In this document: positions 54,551 through 64,000 of the stretch, piece after piece
Layout of the letters: each line of letters starts with the position of its first letter
Numbering within the stretch: the first letter of the stretch is position 1
Source of the DNA: Balanoglossus misakiensis
Lineage: Eukaryota > Animalia > Hemichordata
Direction: 5' to 3'
NCBI GenBank assembly: GCA_040954595.2
Contig: CM082588.2
Coordinates: 3,246,513 to 3,310,512, forward strand
DNA: 64,000 nucleotides
Translations under genes and position numbers: made by a program
The notes under the pieces: model-generated
What the model was told of the DNA's origin: nothing
Seen by the model: the letters and a program-made list of their open reading frames with translations, nothing else
Databases searched by the model: none

Positions 54551-57500
54551 TCAGACTGTACTGAGTTTGACCAGGCCCATGGCACTGTCCTCGGCCAGCG
54601 AGTCGGACTCCTGCGAGATGCTGGTCTTCATGACCGGTCGGACGGGCGGGTGGGCCCCGGGGGGAGGGGGAGACAGCGGGTGCACCACATTGTTTCTGCT
54701 GTTCTCCTCCCCCTCCACCGACGGCAGGTGGTTGATGCTGGGGAACAGCACCGAGGTCTGGCTGACCGGTGTCCGGTCGTTGGCCACGGGCGTGGTCGGG
54801 TCGCTGGCCGGATTCGACGCATCCACGCCTTCCACATTATTGCTTTCCACAGTGGTCACTAAAGTTACATTGGTTTTGCTATTCACATTGTCAGGTTTGA
54901 TTTCTTCATCGTCCTGCGAGGGAGGAGAAAAAAAATTCATTACTTCACCTTCCCTCAGAATGTGACCGCAATGAATTGATGTTCCTCAGGGCTCTACACA
55001 ATGACTAAGGGCTACTCTACAAACAAATGGTAGGGAGGGCAACCATAACACCTGAAGGAGTTAGGGCTACTTGACAATTGATGGGGAGGGATGGCTAATT
55101 TTATCATTTATTGAACATGGTGATCTAGCCAAAACTTGGTAAGTACTGTATATCCTCACTGGGGAAACTACGGACTATGAAGATAGTTAAAGTCACTGTA
55201 ATGTTGATGATATCAGCTGCCCACTGTACGCTGGCGAAATGTCTGAAAAATGATGAGTGGATAGCTATGGCCAAAAGTATGAACTGAAACCGTTAGCCAT
55301 GAAAAACAGACAGCTTAAAAAAATGACAAAATAAAGCTAAAATACTATAATTCCATACAAGCATTGTGCTGATGCATGATACGAACCACACAGAAATGAA
55401 ATCAACGTAAAACTAATGCAATGGACGTGACTACAGCCTACCAATCCATGGTGAGGCACAGTAAAATGCACATTCAATTTTTCAGCAAATGTTTTGTTAT
55501 TTTGCAGTACTGAGTTGATGAGTTAATTGCAGCATGAAGACTTCGAACTAGCGGAGAGGATCAGAATTGAAATCAGACATTCAGGGAGTATTATAATTTT
55601 CATATTTAACAATAAAGAGACTGGCCAGTGGGATACATTACATGGCTTTCAACATAAATGTTAATTTTCTTATTTGCAACAAACAAATCATTCAGGAGGC
55701 CTGTCTTAAGTCAGATATCTTTTTTGAATGCATCTTTTTTCTGATATGCTGCATGGACTGGGGGGGTTGGAGAAACCAAACTGTAGCCACGTCCTGTCAC
55801 GTAAACTAACCTGTGCTAGGGTGGGGGGTTTTACGTACACACAGTTAAAACATCAAGGATTAGATTCAGCAGAGGTTTCATCATGCTGTGAGTCGACTCT
55901 CTCCTACATCCATGCAAAAACACAGCATTGAAATCAAGTCAACATATAAATCAGGAAAAATAAAATATGCACAAGTTCAAAATTAATACACTAATAGTCA
56001 TTACACTAAACAAGTGAGAAATCAATTCACAATATAACAGGAGAGAAAAGGTTAAGGCCCAAGGTTGAATCAGGTGGGAATTTGTATTTCAAAAGGGACA
56101 GTAGATCTTGATAACATTTTCAATATTTTTTATTCAGCGTATCCACTAGCGTTTCTTGTTCTACTGCCCACAGCATCTTGGCGTGCCCAGTGATCAGCTT
56201 GTCATCACAGCCTTTACACACATAACCAGCAAGGGGTGGATATAGCACACTCACCCTTGGCTCTGTGAAGGTCGTCGAGCCGTAATTTTGTGGCGACTGT
56301 TGACTTGAACTTGACGTACTGTCAGGGATGACTATTTCAGGTTGTACAAAACCTCGTCTGTCCATTAGACTGTCCAAATGTAAGAGAGAAAGAAAACACA
56401 AATACGTGGTCAGTCATTCACTATAAAACAGACTGACATTGGCACTAAATGGTGTGTGTGTCTTCGTGTACATTTTTATGTCTCTATGTATCAGTACAGT
56501 TATGGAGTAAGTCTCCAGAGAGGGTAGGGGGAGGAAGGGAAGGGAGGAAAGCGCTGACTGACTGACTGTCTCACCTGACATGCGTAGGCCCACACAGCAC
56601 TGCACAGCAATTCCTACATATCGACCCGTAACTGTACGGGTTGTAATTGTTTTCTCCCCTTTTGGACGACCATGATCCTTTTATCTGTTAAAAAAACACA
56701 CAAAAATATGCTGATTTCATACGATATGAATATTCATCAGCACTAGACCAATCAAGTGATCCCACTGGAACATGTGACATGCTAATGAGTGAATTTGACC
56801 AATGGTGGAGAAGGAAGACAATATTTGTATTCAGCTCATTTGGCCACCACTATATCTCCCCTCCCGTGCAGATGGAGACTTACTTCCTCGTTTGTAGTGC
56901 TGTTATAACAAAGAAGGTAGGAGTGGTAGCCCACCATCCCTATCACTGCCATAAAGGAGAAGACCGCTATAACACCAATGATCACATTGCAAACGAAGTC
57001 AAGGAAATTCACATGCAAACAGGAAGATGTACACAGAATGATTCTATCTATTTCTGGGTCATGGAACAGTGGTGTGTTATCATCATTAAAATAAAATGTT
57101 ATCATGTAATAGGATCTCATCAACTGTAACTTTTGATTATGAGCTTTTAGTATGTTCACTCTGTGTACATCTACAAAGAATTTCTTATTCTACTCCAAAA
57201 CGTACATGGAAACGCAGTGTTTGGCTCGTCAGCATAGTTTCTACATAGTCCGATGCAGTTACTATTGACAACTCAATTGAGGTCTGTGGTCAAAATTGAA
57301 CTGTCAATGTACCACTGCTGGCTGCACATACATATATGTATATGCTGTGCTGACAGGCCAAATGCATTGCATAATTACAAGATTTCTAAGTGGGTAAGAC
57401 CAGCGGCTAAAAACATTCAATCTATTTAATTTCAGAAGCACTGAAAAATTTATTTTCTTAACCTCTTGATGTAATTTTACAGGCCTGGCTGGACAATATA

Positions 57501-60500
57501 CCGTACATGTACATCCTAATATGCGCAGGATGATTGATGAGATGTCAATAATATATTTACTGGCGAAGTCTATTTAATACCCTGCAGCACCTGCTTGTTT
57601 TTTAAATTTTGTTTCCAAATGCCCTTCAGTTTTACTCTTGATTGCTTTTTATATAAGCCTCGCCAGGGTCAAACTCATCAATTTGGGTAAAAATAGCTTT
57701 TATTTATCATACTCTGTAGCATCATTATTAAAACTGTTATGTAACTGATTTTAAAAAATCGGACAGATGTCGAACGACAATGAGAGACCATGCACAACGA
57801 GATACAAAGCAGTGGAAAGAATCAGTAAAGCATGGTCAAGTGGCTTACAAGATACAGCCCTGTAAATCGCTATTTTGCCGCTGAAACCACTTGGCAAGAT
57901 GGCTGATGATGATCATGGTCTATATGCAATGAACCGAGTCAGCAAAGTTTGGTAGACCTTACAATCAATTCACCAGTAAATTTAAGAATGTATGAGACAG
58001 TAAGAGGTGTCTGTGACTTATTAGCAAAGGTCAAATACGAAAGTTGAAATTACAGCGAGATTATAAGCAAGACTGTGTCTGCAATGTAAGGATGAGAGAG
58101 AGAAAAAAAATGGGTTGAGAGAAAAAAAAGTGGAAAAAACAGCTGGAAATGTAACTTACATCTTCGTTTGTGGTTTGGTTAGAAGTGATAAGGTAGGTGT
58201 GAAATCCAGCAAGGCCGAGTACAGACCAGATGGAAACAAAACACACTACAGCCTCCAAGATAGTAATCACGGCTAGTCAAGGAAAAGCAGTGTTTTTTCG
58301 ACTACACAGTTAACACTATGTTGCTGTAGTTACATTTGATACATGTTATGAAAACTGGAAGAGAAATCAGCCCTTGCCCAACACACTCAGTAGACAAGAA
58401 GATTTAATTTTGAGTGGCACACTTGATTATCAAGTAAATGTGTCAGCTTTGCATCAGTTTTTTAACTTTGATAACCTTTGACCCTTGATCTGGTTGGCTT
58501 TCGACTTTGATAGTCAGAGAAGTTAACCTCAGCCAGGGCTGCATTGTGACAAGAGCTGATTCCTTTAAAACGTACATGTAAGCGTAAGTGAATTTATGTA
58601 TATTTTTTGTAAATATGTGTGAGTGTATAATATATATTTGCTTATTAAGCAAAGCATTTGCAGGAAATTAACAGATTTAAAGCGAGAGAGAGGGAAAAAA
58701 AGGATAAAGCATGACTCGTCTACGAGGAGATCTACATGGTTAGTATAAAAAGAAAGTTACAGACGGCAGTCAAGCTTCTCAATGTCAGAATGGATTCAGC
58801 AAATTGTTGCAAGCAAAATGAACGTACAATAAATGCCATCATCGGTAACATCATAATGCAGATTTTGATACAACATTATAGATTGATGTTGACATGACTA
58901 ATGTTACATTTTCTCACAACTGAAACATTTTCACCCTCTAAATTGGTCCGTCAGCAAAGAAAACAGAGTATGATAATTTGCCATGTGTAATTATATAAAT
59001 AAACCTGAATGGTTTCACAATCATCATGTCAGAGGAGAATTCTTTCTGACCCTTCTTATGCACTCCTCCTCACGACCCAGTTGTCAGCACTATCATAAGC
59101 ACCAACAAAACATCACTGTGTCGTACAAGCACTCCATAAACCCTGCAGCATGTAACAGGCACGTGAGAAAGGATGGATTCCTGTTATCAGAGTTTTGACA
59201 ATGGCAGTACCAGGGTTAGTAACAAACCATTGTGATTTGCGGGAGGCAGGGATGAATACACGACTAAATACTTCCTGTTGAACGTCAACATAAAAGAAAC
59301 TGATCAATGGGACAGTAGCTGAACATCCCCCCCCCCCCCCTACATTTCAGTTTGCGTACCAGCTACCAAGTTTTTCAGTTCGAAGAATTGGGATATAATA
59401 CTAAGATCATGAACACACGGCCCATGTATATTGCATACATGTATAAACAGGTTCAAAATTAAATTGATTATGCATAAAAAAAGTGCATAAAATGGAAAAA
59501 AGTAGCTTTATTTGAACAGAAAAAAACAAGAACTCACATCTTCATTTGTAGTTAAGGCTGTGGCTGTAAGATATGTGTGAAAGCCAGCTAGTGCCAAGAT
59601 GGACCAAATTGAGAAGAAACAGATAAAGATTACTATAATAGTGAGAACTAAACGTTAAGGAAGATGATAAAAAAATACCAATGAATGCTTGCTATAAATA
59701 AGAATTAATTGTGGATAGTTGCAACATGCATGGTGCTACTAATCAGGGTTCAAACAGACTGGAACAGAAGTTAAATAATAATAAGAAAAATTGTGAGGAT
59801 TTTTGTGCAAGAGGGTGAGATGACTTTCTTATCTTGCTTTGCTGGTGTTTTTCTCATCCAAGTCAAACTACAGAAATGTACATGTTTTATTTATTTATTT
59901 ATCTTAGTGACTACACGAGTCCAATGCTCTATTTCAGCATTATTGACTTGGGATTGATTCGCAAAATGCAGGTGCATAAAGGATCCTACGTGTTACCAAT
60001 GCATGCATAAGAAACTTAATAAGTAACAAAAAGTTGAAGTGCATGTATTTTAAATGATTCAACTGTTCACTGGGACACTACATGTTCCAGCGATAAATCT
60101 TTATCTATAGAAAGTATTTGATATTGTCCCTTCCAGGAAACAAAGTTAAAATACGGAAAATGTTACCCAAGTCTGTTCCATTCGGCCTCTCAAATGCATT
60201 ACACAATGTGTGCCAGGCAAAATAGAAAATAAAGTATGCAATGTTGTAATTTTCGTTTATAAAAACATTAGGGACTGTTAATTGTAATGCATACACTGGG
60301 GAAATTTGACTAACACTGCATTGAATCGCAATCCACATTAAATGCCACACACACAAGACACACAAACACATTAATTAAAAACAACCCAAGTGATAATTGG
60401 TTGCTGTAAACAAAAGGATATCTAGCAGGTGTTTCCTTCATGGCATCCAGGAAGCTTCCCAACTCATTCGTTACTGAAATAAAAGGGAAAAAGAGAAAGT

Positions 60501-61731
60501 GATTCATCTTGTGAGTGAAGTGTCATGCCATGTGGTAAAGGCAAAAATCATGTTGTATCTGTACACTATGATTTTTACCACACTTCATATGTGAGTATGT
60601 AAACACAAGAAGTCAGCCTGCCTCAGCATCAAGAAATTCATGAAAGGAGGTAAATTAATGAAGACACAATATACTTACATAAGATAAGGTGAGTTATGAC
60701 ACAGGCGAATACAAAAACACACAGGAATGCTAGGGACAATATAAACATGTAAAAATATCTGTAGTTTCTTTTCCCAACGCAGTTACCAACCCACGGACAG
60801 TGGTGATCGAACCTCTCTGCAAATGGAAAGAAGAATACATGTAGTGTGAAAAATGGCTGTAATGGTAAGACAAATGGAAGATAATCTATATTATCTCATG
60901 TGCGCAGAAATGACAAGGTACCCCCACACTATGTGTCAAAAAAGACAACTTACCAACACAATTATCACAAATACTACAGTGTGATGCTCTTGGAGGGCGA
61001 AAAATCTTGCATGTAAAACAGTATTTGAGTTTGACAGTTTGTCCATTTATTACTACTTCTTTAACTCGGGGCGGTGGTCTGTATGTGGGATTATTTGGGT
61101 TAGGTACCTCTGTGAAATGAAGAAACAAAATGGTTAGTAAGTGTGTAGATTATCGCAGTAAAATATACAATACAGCCAGAGCCTCTCAAAAGGCAATGGT
61201 ATTGACGTAGCTGCAATGCATAAGTAAAGCTCTTATCATTCTTGAGTGTGTACTTTTGCCTTAACCTTTACCACTCGCAGACAAATGTTAGAAATGGGCT
61301 ATTTTCTATATTCATAAGAAATGTAGTGTCTTTCCTGATTCATTGTATATGATAACGCAACAAACGACACAATTTGAATTCAATTTTCTCAGAAATGCAG
61401 GAAATTACCAAGCTTATGTAATCGGTGATTGGTAATTTTGTTCAATAATGGATTCAGATATCAAACAGCTCTGCTCATGAATGCCTAAGACCTCTGTCTA
61501 CAAAAAACTCAGCACATCAGTAAGATAGGTACCTCTGCCATGGCATCTGCACTACACAAGACTCACTCACCTATTTGTTTCTCTATATCTGCAGCTTCAT
61601 CCGGCGTCGCCCTGGGGATGACCCCGGGGTCGCTGAAACTGGTGCGAAGCAGCGCAGCCATCACAAAGAAAAATAACAGGAAAGCTATCACGGGTATGGC
61701 CCAGGTGAGATTTGTTGCAAGGTATGGACAA
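54551..61731 (-). CDS. ZDHHC14: DHHC palmitoyltransferase, ZDHHC9/14/18 (Erf2/approximated) subfamily, most like ZDHHC14; first coding exon lies beyond the window
   Basis: Exons 61731-61571, 61109-60954, 60816-60679, 60473-60422, [one of 59640-59538 / 58262-58160 / 56986-56884], 56684-56575, 56369-56255, 54913-54551. Motifs [84 protein letters not shown]-terminal GLVKLSTV (PDZ-binding; human ZDHHC14 ends LVKLSSV). Confidence 0.92.
56884..56986 (-). CDS. ZDHHC14 mutually exclusive exon C (divergent; AA acceptor)
   Basis: U12 branch TTCCTTGAC 57006-56998, inferred AA acceptor 11 nt later, 103 nt encoding (S)[35 protein letters not shown]2 donor GTAAGT. Confidence 0.78.
58160..58262 (-). CDS. 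ZDHHC14 mutually exclusive exon B (closest to the vertebrate sequence)
   Basis: U12 branch TTCCTTGAC 58284-58276, AC acceptor 13 nt later, 103 nt encoding (S)[35 protein letters not shown]2 donor GTAAGT. Confidence 0.92.
59538..59640 (-). CDS. ZDHHC14 mutually exclusive exon A (TM4 + TTxE)
   Basis: U12 branch TTCCTTAAC 59662-59654, AC acceptor 13 nt later, 103 nt encoding (S)[35 protein letters not shown]2 donor GTGAGT. Confidence 0.85.
60412..60421 (-). other. U12-type (AT-AC class) 5' splice site
   Basis: CCTGCTAG|ATATCCTTTT matches the U12 donor consensus RTATCCTT; no GT donor fits the protein homology here. Confidence 0.92.
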
Positions 61732-64000
61732 CTGAAATTAAAAAGAAAAAACATGATAAAATAGATGTTCGTTTCATAAAAAGATGTGTGTACATTCTGC
61801 ATATATTAGGAGTGTTGATAAACGTTGAAAATTTGAAAATGAAAATAAGCAATTAAATAAATGTAGTTTCTATTCCAAGTGCACTCTCATCATTAGTGAC
61901 TGGTGACTGATTATCTGCACTTCTTGGTTACAATCAAGAGGTTTACCAGTGGACGTATCTTGATGTCTGACATTGTCAAGAGTCTAATGAACCAAAGGGG
62001 TTTTCTGCAATTGAGTATCTGCCTAGATGTGCTCATTACACTATCTGGAATGTGGCAGCGTAACACAAAGGATTATCTGACATGCAGGTTGGCAGATGCA
62101 ATCACCCATGTTCGCAGTGTATCGATCCTGAGGCAGTTTTCTAGGTTGGGCCTAACAATATCAATTTGTGCAACAGCCACAGATCATTGGGCTAACAATT
62201 AAAGGTACATGTATGTGCATGTAATCCTTGCTACATAATCAGCAAGAACTAAAACAGAGATACCCCACTTATCATTATTTAGAATTCTGTCCACCTTTTC
62301 CCTGCCAGGTGTAATTTCAAAATTCCTTACCCTCCCCTTTTCCAGTTATATATTTTAGAGGCCGTTGACAGACTTGCTGATCACAAGTCTTGACAATCTG
62401 ACGACTGAAAAGGTTACACTGTCAGACTGATAACTGACAAGCTGCCTTCCATGTGTTCCTGTAACTGGGTCAGCAAGACTTTAAATTTAATCAATTAAGT
62501 TAGTGTCACGCCAGTTTTCTGAGTGAAGAAATAAACATACATGTACGTGTACATCACGATCGATTTCAGTGGTGGCTTTGTTGTCAAGAAAGTGACAGAA
62601 ATCATTATATAGATGAGAAAACCTTGACACAAATGTGATTAAGACTTCGTCAACCTCTGACAATGTACATGTAATAAAATAAACTCAACCCCTGGCTTCA
62701 AAACATGTAACCTTATTCCGTCTACACTACAAATATACATGTTATTTGTAGGTTGGCATGGAATCACGATCATGTGACGAGCTCATGTCGCAAACACAGC
62801 AGAGATTTATATCAATAATGCCATAATTAGTTTTCCTGGTAAAAGAAGTGTTGTGCTTCTAATATTGGAAATCCTTTGGGCAACAAGCAACAACTCAAGT
62901 CCTTTACACTAATTTCACCCACACACTGGTTTTGTTCATCCGGCCGACCTTTACAATTCCACAGAGATCACACTGCAGTCGGCAATTTTCCTGGGTATAC
63001 ATCTCAAAAAACTAATTCAGCGATTTGAAGTAAACAAGGTGATCTTTCTTAGACGGGCATCTATGATGCAGGAAGCCAACTCCCCATACACACAAATGTT
63101 TGGATGACGAGTGACTGTGAATATGAATATCAGATATCAATATTGAGAATAGATACTGACATCACCCGGTTGGCATCTGCCACTGACATCCCCTGGAGTG
63201 GAGATCACAACAGGCATCTTTCACTGACATCCCCATCATAACGAACCATCTGAACAATGTACGGTGCAAGTTCTAAGTTTGGTCAATCATCTGAATTAAA
63301 GTATATTACTACTGGTGTAAACTGATCTATAGGATTTCCTATTGGACTATGTCATATACATGCACATGAGTGATTGACTGAACCCTGACTTCGCAAGAGG
63401 GGTTTGTTGCCATGAGGCGGGTACACAAACATGTCTGCCTCTTTAGTGTGCTATTGTAATGAGGCCAATACACAGAAGGTGAAAACGCCCTGTTTGCCTG
63501 TAAGCCATTGACCGGGAGAATGTATTCTTTTCCATCAGGCTGGCTGCTATCATATGTTTTCAAGCTGTCAACGGCTGTGATGTCATCAAATATTAACACT
63601 AACAGTTTATCATCATACGCTCTGCTGTGGACTATCTTTCAATTTTACTGGAGGTTGCATTGTCCTACTTGGCTTTCAGTACCCAACGTTGCGGAATTTG
63701 TGTCCATGTAATCATGTAAATTTTATGTCTACTTTTTTCAATAAATCAGCCGTGGCATTTTTTATATAATACACATGTGTACTCGGTCTCTGAAACATCT
63801 GTTGTCAACATATTCCACAAGGGCATTGAAACAAAACATGCCATTCCTCATATCTAGAGTAATGGGTGTTCACAGACTAATTCATTTTAAATTATAATAA
63901 TGCATCTTCCAATTAATGCTGTATTATGATGAGGACATTTGTCCCCTTTTGGCTGCTTTCTCAGAGCTAAACAATTTTATTATAAAAATAGTGTTGGCCC

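Noticed and set aside
58695-58745. U12-donor-like TTATCCTTTT preceded by TACTAAC/AG between ZDHHC exons A and B, as a U2-to-U12 adaptor mini-exon
   Set aside because: The +1 base is T rather than A/G, the resulting 12- or 24-nt exon has the wrong phase for exon B, and the pyrimidine tract is misplaced; revisit only if reads support it.
63155-63234. Three ACTGACATC(A/C)CC motifs in ZDHHC14 intron 1
   Set aside because: Short irregular local duplication; not CRISPR-like and no function supportable.

Overview
Intron-rich animal genomic DNA, probably a marine invertebrate deuterostome (inferred from vertebrate-like exon sizes and gene order; species not determinable). The first ~14 kb has no convincing coding exon and contains a 3.57-kb (GT)n/GGGT tract. 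Five spliced genes follow. (1) An 18-exon type II membrane M1 zinc peptidase (minus, stop 16505) with two alternative coding first exons and TRHDE/pyroglutamyl-peptidase-II-like signature residues. (2) An SLC22 transporter (plus, 30940-34704). (3) OTC (minus, 35034-37612), head-to-head with (4) RPGR (plus, 38075-50147), the same pairing as in human. (5) A 5'-truncated ZDHHC14-like palmitoyltransferase (minus, 54551->61731). The most striking system is in ZDHHC14. One U12-type donor (AG|ATATCCTTTT) is followed by three tandem paralogous 103-nt exons, each with its own U12 branch point and an AC, AC or AA acceptor but a U2 GT donor. This predicts a three-way mutually exclusive exon switch, enforced by spliceosome incompatibility and reading frame, that swaps TM4 and the TTxE motif of the enzyme. 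All exon coordinates were read by hand and checked for phase; none are confirmed by transcript data.
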